Assembly: GCA_951406725.2 (NCBI GenBank)
Contig: OX597822.1
Coordinates: forward strand, 101,618,001 to 101,682,000
Direction of reading: 5' to 3'
DNA from: Octopus vulgaris
Lineage: Eukaryota
DNA: 64,000 nt
Position 1 is the stretch's first letter; every line of letters begins with the position of its first letter. Position numbers and translations under genes: made by a program. This document shows positions 51,041-64,000 of this stretch, piece by piece. The notes below the pieces were generated by a model. That model saw only the letters and a program-made list of their open reading frames with translations, searched no databases and was not told the DNA's origin.

Positions 51041-52454
51041 CATTCAATTAAATTTAAATATTTATTCTCCTCATTGAACAAAATTTTTTTTAATATCAAA
51101 ACGGGTCACACTAATTGTCGCTCTGGTTGCGTTTGATGATGAAATTGTTTTTCCAAATTTATTCTGCTTGATGGCCAGCACCTTGAAATAACTCAAATAA
51201 ACAAAGAAATGTAGGGACGAAAATATAGTTAGGATACGCGTGACTACTTCAAAATCAATAGCAACATCTTTTCCCTGCTACTTTTATGGATTCCCACGGC
51301 TCTCTGTCACCATCCAATTCCTTTATATTGAATTTGAACTGGAAGCTTGAGTCGTAGTGAATATTTCATTACCTGATTACACAACCATGAACACCACCCC
51401 TATGGAAGGCCGTTCAAGAATTTGGACCTGGAGATCTCCATTTCCAGCGACTTCGAGGGCCACCTGCCAGTGCTGTCGGGCGTCAAAGAAGAGCCCTTGA
51501 CTACAACAAGACGACCAAAGTTTTTTTTTCTCAAGGTCTGGGGTCTCCCGCCCCTAAGCCCTAGACCTGATCACCCTTACCCATTTTGTTGCTTAACAAC
51601 CCCTATGGAAGCGTTCCAGTTACTACCTTGATAGAGTTTGGTGACTCTCGCCGTTGATCTAGGATTCTTCTCTTCAGCATCAATGTGAGAATCCCCGTTG
51701 ACTCGGTTGAGTTCTTCCGCTACTTCTTCACCATCCACCATGTTGCAGTCCCATAACTCCACCGTACCCTTGACAGGTGGTTGAACGGGTGCTACGTCTT
51801 GCCAAAGGACAGCCCATAATGCCGGGCATGCTTGTCACTGCGTGATGTATTCTCAAAATACCCGCATACATTTCTTACATGAAGTGTAATAAATCCACTG
51901 CCGTAGCGAACCCGTTCATAAGCTTACTTGATAGCTAAACGTTACTACTTACAGCCAATACATTACAATCAAATACCAATACCAATGTCTTCGGTTTAAA
52001 ATAGCGTGGTACTAAGGAAGACAGATCTACTGACAGGAATACATGATATATACAATGAGAAAAATATATTGTTTCTAAGAGACAAATTTGCCAAATTCAT
52101 ATGACTTACATATATAGTCTCATTTTATATCAGACAAAATAAGAGTTTGGCGACAAATACATACCTAAAAAAAATAAATGTGTAGGTGTGTGTGTGTGTG
52201 CACGCGCGTATATGTGTTCTAGGGGATAAGTGAATGTGTGAGTATGGTAATATATTTGCTTTACAAACACCCCAAGTTTATGTCTATTTAAATGTCTGTT
52301 GAATTATCTTAACATATATTACTAGTTCGTTTCCTATTTCTTTGAGTAGGTACATAGAAAACCTTACGATACATACATACACAAACACACACACACACAT
52401 ATATATATATATATGTCTCTGTGTACATATACATACATACATACATATACATAC

Positions 52455-52485
<31 letters not shown>

Positions 52486-52774
52486 TATATATACACTGGC
52501 GCACACACAAGTATTTATCTGCGTGTGCATTATTTATTGGTTCAAATGTTTGTATTACAATAAATCTAGAGAAAAAGCATTAAATATGCAGAGTATTCGA
52601 CATTGGATCATTTCATGCCATCAACAAATATCGATTTCTGATTGTTTATCAATATATCTACATATTCATATCGATCTGTCTCAGTCTTCCTTTCCCTATT
52701 TATCTCTCTCATACGTGCTGTCTATGAACCTATTGATACCTATCTGTCCATATATCTGTAAACATCCAATAAAT

Positions 52775-52858
<84 letters not shown>

Positions 52859-52859
<1 letters not shown>

Positions 52860-52945
52860 ATATGTGACATTTATTCGGTAGCCATGATAAAACTCCGAGT
52901 TTCGGATGTCGGGCCGGAAACCCACGCCGGCAACTCTTCAGTTAT
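52859..52945 (-). ncRNA. Hammerhead-like motif, single-copy homolog of the 10431-10620 palindrome arm
   Basis: Reverse complement of 52887-52945: ataa-CTGAAGA-gttgccgg...ccgacatc-c-GAAA-CTCGGAG-TT-ttat. Flank aatatgtgacatttattcggtagccatgataaaactc aligns with 10446-10480. Confidence 0.65.
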
Positions 52946-53338
52946 TGGGCCATCGAAAAAAGTGCTATGAAAATGACCGTTAAAACAAAGCCAAATTACT
53001 GTGTGATTGACCGTTATTAAGACAAAATACCTATTAGAATGACCGCTAAGTAAGGGGAGGGAGTAAAAGTAAGGGAGTAAAAACGTTCATAGTAATCGCG
53101 TAAGCGCGTATGTCCATACATATACATGCGCGCCTGCACACTCACGTACATGCGCCTATATGTATATAGCTCGTAGAATTCAAGCAGTAATTACTGCCAA
53201 TGGCAGTCCTACCCCATATTAAAATTAATTTCTTTGAAATTTTAAGGTGTTTCCATTATTTTGTCCAACCCCTGCATATGTACTCGTGTTTTTGTGAGAA
53301 TGTATGTGTGTGTGTGTGTGTGTGTGCGTGTTCGTACG

Positions 53339-53384
<46 letters not shown>

Positions 53385-53444
53385 CAGTATGACTAGCTGT
53401 ACCTAAGTAGCTGTATACGTTTCATGGTACAATGGAAATATCGT

Positions 53445-53820
53445 TTGACCGCTGGCAAACTGCGTTACATCATTTGTTCCTGCTCTTTATGTCGTGGGTT
53501 CAGTTCTTACTGGGTTTTTTTTTTTGTTTTTTCTTACCTTTCATCTCTCTGGTCTCAGTGAAATAGTATACCTGTCTAGTGCTCAGATGGATGTTGTAGA
53601 CAAATGCCCATCCTTGAAAACTGCTAAACTTGTGTTTAAATTAAAGACCACTATTGCTATTTATATGTTTTAATATAAATGCATAGCGGCATTTAACCTA
53701 CCTTTACGTTCTGAGTTCAAATTCTGCCGAGATCGACTTTGCCTTTCATACTTCACCGGGGCCATGTAATCGATCGTCCCCTTCCCCAAAATTACTGGTC
53801 TTGTACCAAAAACTGAAAGC
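53445..53820 (+). mobile_element. Two tandem degenerate SINE family B copies
   Basis: cctttcatctctctgg (about 53538) and tttacgttctgagttcaaattctgccgagatcgactttgcctttcat (about 53703-53749). Confidence 0.65.
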
Positions 53821-54908
53821 TTTATGAATATGTTTGTTCTGGTAGAGTGTGTATGTATGTATATGTATTTGTTTTTGTGTGTGTATATGTATTAATATGA
53901 GATTAAACCGATAAATGTGGAAAGGAATTTACGTATATCAAAACACAATTTACAGCTGCACAGAGGATATATTCGAAAGGAACTAAAACCTTAGAAACCA
54001 AATATATGGTGTGGAAATACCTCTATTCTCTACTTTTCCATTTTAAAATACAGTATATCAAGACACTAGGAAAAATACATTTTCTCATTGCTTTTTCGAT
54101 ATAAATGTAAAATGAAAGAATATATACATATTACAAAAATATATGTTATAAGTACCAGTAAATGCTTATGACTCTATATATTTAATGATTACCAGGATAT
54201 CTACTTGTAACGCCTTTTTATATTCGCCTCCACAGAAGTTTTGCGACAATAAAATAATCAAATTTAAAAATAAAAGGTGAACGCGAATCAGTAATGGACA
54301 TGCAAATAATTTAGGATACCAAGCAGCACTACAATACAGAAATAAATTCAATACAATTAATATAGGAGGCATGACACCTATAAAAAAGAAATAAACGACA
54401 TCTAAAGTATATAATATGTACCAAAATTGAATAGATAAACGTTTTGTCTAGCAGCGCAAAACCTGCATTACACCCACTCGTAAACTTGGATTAATAATGT
54501 ATTACAAGAGCACAAATAGAAAAATTCTCCTCTGTACAACAAACGATAAACATGGCAGTGAATAGGAAGTTTAGATTACTATTGTAATCTATAAATTCAT
54601 AGACAATCGTAAACGTTAACTCCATGATTTTACAGTAACATTAGACAAACAAGATCACGCATTGTCACTTACTGACCATTCAGCTACAAGAAAGAGTAAT
54701 AACTGTAACACTTTATAATATAATAAACGACAAAAGAAAGTTCACCGATGCACAGATAATAACATAGACATCCCTTATAGAAAAAATTCTTGTAACACAT
54801 TGTCGAATCTGTATAAATTGCAAATTACAATACAAAACTCAGTGTACATATAAAGCGCGGTAGCAGTATACTAATATATGCTACGGTCAAAATTATTAAT
54901 ATAAGCCT

Positions 54909-55212
54909 GGGTGGAGGCACGTGGCCTAGTGGTTAGAGCAGCGGACTCGCGGTCGTGGGATCGCGGGTTCGAATCTCAGACCAGGCGATGTGTGTGTTTA
55001 TGATCGAAACACCTAAGTTCCACGCAGCTCCGGCAGAAGGAAATGGCGACCTTCTGCTGACTCTTTCGCCACAACTTTCTCTCACTCTTTCCTCCTGCAT
55101 CTTGCAGCTCACCTACGTCGGACCGACGACCCGTCCAAGTGGGGAACCTATGCGCCAAGGAAACCGAGAAACCGGCCCTTATGAGCCAGACATGGCTCGA
55201 GAAGGAACAAAC
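54909..55212 (+). mobile_element. tRNA(Arg)-like SINE family C2 with perfect 11-bp TSD
   Basis: A box tggcctagtgg, anticodon-like gacTCGcg, B box ggttcgaatc. aatataagcct at 54898-54908 and 55213-55223. Confidence 0.92.
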
Positions 55213-55404
55213 AATATAAGCCTAACGTCAACGAAGTGAGAATCAGATAGGTTATTGCTCCATTCATTTTCGTGATCTGAAAAGACCTTGAAGAGGTGGG
55301 AAGTGGGCATGTTACATTTCTTCCAAACAAAACAAAGCGAACTAACAAACAATTGCAATGAAAATAATAAAATAATTGTATTTTCTAGAAAACCTGATCC
55401 CACT

Positions 55405-55405
55405 G

Positions 55406-55487
<82 letters not shown>

Positions 55488-55507
55488 AACCTGTCTGTCT
55501 ATCTGTC

Positions 55508-55539
<32 letters not shown>

Positions 55540-55710
55540 TGTATGTATGTATGTATGTATGTATGTATGTATCTATGTGTGTGCATGCATGTACGAATGT
55601 ACATGCTTTTGTATACATACATACATACATACATACATACATACAAACACAGTCGCACACATACGTGCTTATACGCATACATACACACACTCATATATAT
55701 ATATATAGTG
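55405..55710. repeat. (TCTA)n(TATG)n(TACA)n compound tetranucleotide repeat
   Basis: Direct inspection. Confidence 0.9.
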
Positions 55711-55970
55711 AATGAGAGTTCCGGGAAGGGGGAGTGAAGCGTTTACCTCGTTTAACATCATTCACGATTGTTTATAAATTTGTGAATATATACGCGTGCA
55801 TGTATGGTTTTCTATATCTGGGCATTTGAGTGGGATTATGAGCGAACATATGTATGCATGTGTGTGTTTGCTTATGTACTCAAGTATGTATTTGTTTTAA
55901 AATGTATTTATATGTATGTTTACATTGGTGTATTTTATGTTTGTATATACATGCATATAAATATACATAT

Positions 55971-56186
55971 TCTCTTTCTCTTTTACTTGTGTCAGTCAGT
56001 TGACTGCGGCCATGCTGGAGCACCGCCTTTAATCGAGCAACACGACCCCGGGACTTATTCTTTGTAAGCCCAGTACTTATTCTATCAGTCTCTTTTGCCG
56101 AACCGCAAAGTGACGGGGACATAAACACACCAGCGTCGGTTGTCAAGCAATGCTAGGGGGACAAACAGAGACGCACAAACGTACAA

Positions 56187-56255
<69 letters not shown>

Positions 56256-56420
56256 TACGACGGGCTTCTTTCAGTTTCCGTCTACCAAATCCACTCACAA
56301 GGCTTTGCTCGGCCCGAGGCTATAGTAAAAGACACTTGCCCAAGGTACCACGCAGTGGGACTGAACCCGGAACCATTTGGTTGGTAAACAAGCTACTTAC
56401 CACACAGCCACTCCTGCGCC
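55971..56420 (-). mobile_element. SINE family A, full length
   Basis: Closely similar to the reverse complement of 58296-58782. Confidence 0.92.
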
Positions 56421-56699
56421 ATATGTATGTGTATATGAATGTTTTTATATATATATCATATGTGTATGTATATCTATATATGCATTTGTGCCATATAGTT
56501 ATGCATAAGTATATGTGTGCGAGAGTAGAATGTGTGTATACATTCGTGCATGGAATGCGCGTGTGTGTGTATCTGTGTGTGTGCCTATGTGTATGTGTGT
56601 GAAAATAACCATTGAACCATCGCTGCTACAGTTCCAATTATACTTGCAATGGCTCATATACATGTCTCAATTGTGCTGTTCAGAAATAGAACTTGAACC

Positions 56700-57026
56700 G
56701 AACTGGCATTCCGTCAGTAACAACGGCGAGACTTACAGTTGATCCGATCAGCAGAACAGCCGGCTCGCGAAGTTAACGTCCATGTGGCTGAGCAATCCAC
56801 AGACACGTGTACCTTTAACTTAGTTCTGAGGAGGATTCAGTGTAAACACAGAATCTGAGAAGGTTGGCCCTTTGAAATACAGTTGAAACTCGTTTGTTGC
56901 CAGCTGAGTGGACTGGAGCAACGTGAAATAAAGTATCTTGCTAAAGGATACAATGTGCCGCCGGGAATCGAACTCACGACCTCACGATAGTAAGCCGAAT
57001 AACACTAACCATTAAGCCACGCGCAT
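56700..57026 (-). mobile_element. tRNA-derived SINE family E (CORE-like plus Deu/Nin-like body, inferred)
   Basis: Reverse-complement head gcgcgtggcttaatggttagtgttattcggc...gtgagttcgattcccgg, then tcctttagcaagatacttt and gctccagtccactcagctg. Confidence 0.78.
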
Positions 57027-57824
57027 TCACTAGAAATAGAACTTAAATTCCAGATATTTTCAGTGATGCATTATACATGCGTTCTCTCGCACTGGGCTGT
57101 GATTCAATTTACCCATTTCCTCACCGCCATGACCAACTGCCATGCAAAAATAGAGACTCACAGTTTTTCATTCAGTTAGAATTTTTCCGCGTACCTTATT
57201 GTATTCATACGTGTGCACGTATGTGTATGGTAAAGGTACAGTGCACATCATATAATTCTGCATTTGAGAGGAGTAGAAGCTATACGACAAAGATTTCCTG
57301 TTAGTCTAGAACGAATACATGATGCATGTATGTACATATGGATGGATAGATGTATGGTAGTATAGATGGATGGATGGATGGATGGATGACTATTCTCTTT
57401 TATGCATACCTAGCTTTATATCTTCCATTGTAAAACTGTTGATATTTTATATGAGGTAGATTTTGGCAGCTATTTCTCGCACCTAACTCATTTTCTAAGA
57501 AAATACGTTATTGAATATTTCTTTCATTTTATAGGAAGATCTATATAATAGACTTAGAAGGCAAGGGCAAATTCGAACTTATGACACCCAAATCACTACC
57601 TAGTGACACAGTGCCTCTTCCTTACTGCAATGAAATCTTATTCATATGTATTATGTGATTTTTATTAGAAACAAAATGATTGAACTGATGTAGCACTAGA
57701 GCGCCAGCTCGTATCTGCTAAGTTAAAACCTACAGTTGTGATTTCCTTCTAAATTTAGGTCAATACCGTTATTGTTACATGCTACATTCACTTTCTGACG
57801 AAAAGATGTTTATATTGATGGACA

Positions 57825-58170
57825 AAAAAATTTGTTAAGTGGCATTCTATCATTCTCTTTAAGTTCACAGCTCAAATCCCAACTATGTCAGCTTTTCCTT
57901 TCATCCTTTCCAGAGCCATGAGATAAAGTACTGGTGAAATACTGGGTTCAGTGGGATCGACTTGCTCCCTCTCCTCAAAATTGCTGGCCCTCTACAATAA
58001 TTAGAAATAATTCCTTAGAGTGAGGAGACGGTAAATGAATTAGGGCGTCGGGAGAAAATGTCTAGCGGTCTTCGTTCTGATTATTTACTTTATGCGTTGA
58101 ACCACCGATAATAGTTCATTTTTTTGGGGTTGATAAAATAAAGAACCAGCCAAATACAAGGGACGATAGT
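57825..58170 (+). mobile_element. Two tandem degenerate SINE family B copies
   Basis: cctttcatcctttcc...gataaagtactgg (about 57897-57933) and ggggttgataaaataaagaaccag (about 58126-58149). Confidence 0.55.
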
Positions 58171-58295
58171 AACAACAATCCACTAATCGTGCGCAGAAGC
58201 CATAATTCTAATGATCCCCTTTTTAAACATCAACACCATCATTCTGATCTTACACACCGCCCCATCGATAGAGAAGTATTTAAAATTTATAGATA

Positions 58296-58782
<487 letters not shown>

Positions 58783-59710
58783 TTATACTGGCGCGTCAAA
58801 TAATATCTTTGGATAAAGCTTAGTTGCTGTGACAGAATATTTACTGCCGATGCTGAGATTGTTATGATAACTTCCGTCAAAGTCCAGCTGTGATTTTCAT
58901 TGATATAAACATAAAGCAAAATGATCGATTGCAAATTTATGTTTAAATATATAATGTAATAATTTTGCAGCACTAAATTCAATTAATATCCACACATGCT
59001 ATCGGTAACTAAGAGTCTGTAATTTTAGAAATAAACGTTTGGTTTGTAAATGTGCCGCCGTGAAATAGATGGTGTTTTACTGATATTTTTACATAAAAGT
59101 TCCTTGCAAATTTACAAGTTCGAATTAAATTGCTGGTTTAAACGATTTATTGAAAAATATTTCCATAAATACGACCAATAAGAACATTTATGGGAATTTA
59201 TTCGTGAGGCAATAAATATTTCTCCATTTGGAATACCTTTATATATTGCCTACATAAACAGAATACATGCAGATCGTCACACAAGGGCTTAATCAATATA
59301 TGCAGACACACACATAAATACGCCCAAATACATATAATATATAATATAAATGATATATACATATATGCATATATACATACATATATGTACATACCTACAT
59401 CTATATGTATATATACATGCATATATGGGTACAGAACATGAAAAAAAAGCGTTGAACACAATGAAAAACGAAAATATAAAAACAAAAACATGGAAACGAA
59501 CTATTTTTTAAACAACGAAAGAACCGAGTTCAAGACGTACAACACAAGGAATATTCCCCTTCTTTAGTTGTCCCTGTTTCGTCTACTCCGCGTTACGAAG
59601 GTAAGGACAAGACGCGACTTCGTTGAAACAATCCTTCCCGCAAAGCAACTTAAATAAACATATACATATATACATATATATATATATATATGCGTGTGGG
59701 AGTGTGTGTT

Positions 59711-59757
<47 letters not shown>

Positions 59758-59999
59758 GTATACAAGTATGTGCGCGTGTTTCACACAAAAGCATCCGTAA
59801 TTTTTGGCAGATCAGATTCCACTGAGAAGTTATTGCCCAAAACCAAGTTTTCTTAGAAAATATTTGCCTAACATGACACGCACAATAGTGGGGTAGACCA
59901 ACATGGTCGGCAAATTCATTTTTCAACCACACGCCCATTACTGCACCAATATACGCATATTTGTCATGTGTATATGTTATAAATCAATATCGCGTCTTT

Positions 60000-60175
60000 T
60001 CACTGTCATTGCACAGTGGCCATACTGGAACATCGCCTCATGGATTTTTTAGATGAATGAATTGACTCCATTATTATTTTAAGGATCTGTACTTATTCTA
60101 TTGAGCCGAACCGCTAGGTAACGAACACGTAAATACACCAACAGCGGTTGTTAAACGGTGGTGGTACAAACACAC
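60000..60175 (-). mobile_element. SINE family A, 3' part, followed by decayed (CA)n
   Basis: gtggccatactggaacatcgcc, tacttattctat, gccgaaccgcta. Confidence 0.65.
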
Positions 60176-60879
60176 ACACGCAGAGGCACACACAAACACA
60201 AACGCACACACACACTCACGCACACAGACACATACACATGTACATACACACACATATATATATGCACAAACATATACAAACACACATATATAAATACAAA
60301 TATATACACACATGTGCGCGCACATACACATACACACATACACACACACATATATATATGCCACACAGCCACGCGTATTTGAATACACACACACATACAC
60401 ACACACATACACACACACACACATACACACACGCACATACACACATACACAATCACACACACACATACAAACTCACACGCGCGCGCGCACAAATGTTTAT
60501 GCACATATATCGGTACTCGAAACAGCTCTCCCTTGAGCACAAGCAGTTTCTTTAAAACGACGTGCCTCCCCTAACTTTTGACTCTACGGTCATTTGTTTC
60601 TTTAAGCCTACTGAAGAAGAAAAGGAATAGCATATATTCGTTAATATGGGCTCACGCCTATAAATCAGGTATTTTCTGCATATTCACTGTATTACATAGA
60701 TTCAAACGTTTAATTCTACCCTATATTCTTTCATGCATATTTCATGTATCTATATGCTTCAATGCTTGTGCGTGCATAGGTATGTTAGGTATGTGTGTTT
60801 GTGTGAGTAAAATAAATTCAATATATATGTACATCTCTCTCGATCTGTGTGATTATACATATGTATACATACGTATATT

Positions 60880-60945
<66 letters not shown>

Positions 60946-60953
60946 CATACATA

Positions 60954-61038
<85 letters not shown>

Positions 61039-61065
61039 TATATATGTCTGTATGTATGTATTTAT

Positions 61066-61426
61066 AAGTTAGCACAAGAAACATCATTGACCTGTTTAGA
61101 AATAGGGGTTAAATTCCTAATTCAACCGCCGGAAAGCACCAAATAGCAGAAAAAAAAAACAGTAGGCGAGGAAACGGATAAAGAATTAAGGCATTAAAGT
61201 ATATAAATATATACGGTATATAAGTATACCTTATATGGTATATAAGTATCTGAATGGCATATTCTTTAAAGGTATGCCTTTTTTAATGTCTTAATTCTTT
61301 ATCCGTTTCATCGCCTACAGTGGTTTTTCTGGTATATAGTGCTCTCCAGCGGTTGAATTGGGATTTTTGCTCCGATTTCTAAACAGGCTGATGCTGTTTC
61401 TGCATCGTTATTCCTTGTGCCAACTT
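61066..61426. repeat. Long imperfect inverted repeat (~130-bp arms)
   Basis: cctgtttagaaat...aattcaaccgc...gtaggcgaggaaacggataaagaattaaggcattaaa pairs with tttaatgtcttaattctttatccgtttcatcgcctac...gcggttgaatt...atttctaaacagg. Confidence 0.85.
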
Positions 61427-61595
61427 TAAATTTTAAAGCTATATAATGCTATTACACCTGTTGAACTTGCCTACGTTACTGCTGTTAATATTATCATTTA
61501 AAAATATTCACCGCAGATGATATTAACGGTAGTGACATCTTATTTCGTGTGTAAACGCTGTAATGTTTTTGCTTATATATATATATATAATTTTT

Positions 61596-61642
61596 TTATC
61601 TAGTTTCAGCTCACAAGCTGTGGCCATGCTGGGACACCGCCA
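61596..61642 (-). mobile_element. Tail-only insertion of the CR1/L2-group LINE
   Basis: Reverse complement ggcggtgtcccagcatggccacagcttgtgagctgaaactaga matches 1164-1205. Confidence 0.75.
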
Positions 61643-61652
61643 TTCATATATA

Positions 61653-61703
<51 letters not shown>

Positions 61704-61878
61704 TTACATATATATACTTATATGTACTTATATATACTTATATACTTATATATATATATATATACTTATATTTATATGCTTGGATATGAGAGTTTTGTCT
61801 GTGTCTGTGCGCGCACATGTGTTTCTATGTATATGTATATTCTGTATAAATATTATAAATATCATATAATATACATAT

Positions 61879-61923
<45 letters not shown>

Positions 61924-63295
61924 TTGTGTGTGTATGCATGTGAGTATATGTGCCTGTACATACATACATGCATGCATACATATATACATGCATACATACA
62001 TACATACATACATACATACATACATACATACATACATACATACATACATACATACATGCATACATATATATATACACACGATTTCAATAACGAAATTTTT
62101 TTAGCTACGATCAAATCAAATATAGGTATAGAATTAATGATGCTTATAGTTAGCAACATTACCATATAAAGCTACAAAAATGTCAGATTAGCCTCTTGTG
62201 TTCATTCAATCCTATTTCATTGAGACAGGTTTTCAAAAATCCAATTATTTATTATCAAAGTATGTACCTGAATATTCCAACGTTAAAATGCAGTGGAAAA
62301 TATGATAAAAGCTGTCAGATTCAGGCAAGTTTTAAAAGAGAAAATATAATATGCTTAGTAATAATTTTACTAAATCTAGACTCAAGATATAGTTAATTCT
62401 AAAGGAATAACGTTTTGATATTCGCGTATTCAGGGACAATATCAATGCTTATTAGTTCCATTCTATAGAAAGAACTTCAATATGCTTCTCTTGTCAAAAT
62501 CTTTGATGTTTTACATCTCGCTAGAAAACATGGAATGCGTAAAATATTTGATGTCTGAAATATTTCCAATTATGCGTATATATGTTTGTTTTCTGGGGAC
62601 ATTTCAAGAATCGACACACAATTTGAACAAAAGATCAAAAGAAAATAATTCCCTGATTCCTACTGTAAATCCAGTGATTCTTATATCTATTCCATTATAT
62701 TCCTTATCAAAATTAAATTACTTTAATTTCTATTATAATCCATTCCCTATTCAAATTTGTGAACAGATGTACTTTTGTCCTTTGAATTTTAGTGGAATAA
62801 TTCTCTGACTCATGCATGCGGAATTGGAATAAAGGTTCTTGGCAAGCAAGAAAATTTGGTATTATTTATAATATATAATGATTACTATCGGATTGATGTA
62901 TGTGGAAGATCGTAGGTGTTCAGAAAGAGATTCATAGAAAATCCATATTCTCTTTCAATCAGAAGGTACGACATTATTTCCGCGCAAATTAAGTACTGTT
63001 TCCGCCGTAATATTTTCTGAAACATAAAACTGGAACAATCCCTCTTTTATAAAAGTATGAATTAATCAGATGTCAGCACATTTTATGGCTAACGTATTAA
63101 AAAAAAAAAGACTTCAATGGGATCAATCAGTTATTCCGGAATCGAAAAATAATGTTATTCGATGAATAACACATTTTTGTCGTTTCCCACCACAAGGGAA
63201 GGGGACTCTAGACAACTTTAATATACGTATGTACGTATGTATGTATGTATGTATGTATGTATGTATGTATGTATGTATGTATGTATGTATGCATG

Positions 63296-63344
<49 letters not shown>

Positions 63345-63491
63345 GAAACTTACATATACACCATTCTGCTTAAATAATGGAACTGCAAATACAACATCCT
63401 TACGTATCTCAATTCTATTTTCATTCCTTCACTTCCCTCTGTATTTCATATCTTCTCTACAATAATCATTACTTCAACATTTTCTCACACC

Positions 63492-63539
63492 GTTTCTGAT
63501 GAATGGATATATAAAATATCCCGGTAACAGCCGTAAGAC
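63492..63539 (+). ncRNA. Degenerate type-I hammerhead-like motif
   Basis: gttt-CTGATGA-at-ggatat-ataaa-atatcc-cg-GTAA-C-agcc-GTA-agac. A13 is replaced by T. Confidence 0.5.
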
Positions 63540-63617
63540 CTTCTCTTTATAAATGTTCAGAAAACTATTCTCAGCCTTGGATTTTTTATCTCGTTCTGTT
63601 AATCATATATATATATA

Positions 63618-64000
63618 TGAGAGACCTGGGTATCGACATTAGTGATGATACCTCTTTCCAAGTGCACATTACCAGGATGGCGACAAAGTGCAGACGACTG
63701 GCTGGGTGGATCCTAAGGACATTCAGAACCAGAGATAACGAAACCATGATGGTCCTCTGTCGGACATTCGTCCTCAGCCGCCTGGATTACTGCTCCCAGC
63801 TATAGTCAGCCACCAGTGTAAAATTAACAGCGGACCTTGAAGCAATCCAGAGAAGATTCACAAAGAAAATCGTCTCTTTGCAACAGCTCAGCTACTGGGA
63901 AAGGTTGAAACAGTTAAGACTCTACTCCCTGGAGAGAAGACAGGAGAGGTATGCAGTAATATATGTCTGGAAGATCCTGGAAGGAATTGTGCCAAATTTT
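63618..64000 (+). mobile_element. 5'-truncated copy of the LINE at 1-1210, inserted after (TA)n; runs off window end
   Basis: Nearly identical to about 450-833 (RDLGIDISDDTSFQVHITRMATKCRRLAGWILRTF), with in-frame stops. Confidence 0.93.

Noticed and set aside
54909-54985. tRNA-Arg(TCG) gene (also 36455-36529, 6590-6662, 21055-21129)
   Set aside because: The acceptor stem is poor and the sequence continues into a repeated body, with TSDs in the C2 copies, so these are SINE heads.
59575-59632. Possible further hammerhead on the minus strand (CAACGAag...cttcGTAACGCGG)
   Set aside because: Too many core deviations and no clear stem I. It is probably a repeat end but cannot be supported as a ribozyme.

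Overview
AT-rich, microsatellite-dense eukaryotic DNA with no confidently identifiable host gene. The repeat content looks like an octopod (Octopus-like) cephalopod genome, an inference from the tRNA-derived SINEs, the SINEs carrying internal (TA)n(TG)n, and the abundant simple repeats. Most listed ORFs are translated microsatellites. The real coding remnants are transposon-derived: CR1/L2-group LINEs (one near full length at 44.7-48.9 kb), RTE and L1/Tx1 fragments, two Penelope-like (GIY-YIG) fragments, a DD41D/rosa-type mariner, a FLYWCH+MULE transposase, a possible piggyBac remnant and Helitron-like non-autonomous elements. At least five SINE families are present, and there is one 100-N gap. 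The most notable signals are structural. (i) About ten minimal type-I hammerhead-ribozyme-like motifs with palindromic stem III are scattered through the window. One is fully canonical (8321-8406), several share a recurrent CCGANGA core variant, and one pair sits back-to-back in a ~190-bp palindrome. (ii) Two related long fold-back elements occur, one folding into a T/Y shape with two small ears. (iii) A 3'-tail stem-loop shared by a LINE and a SINE shows compensatory base changes. All structures were read by eye and nothing was computed or searched.
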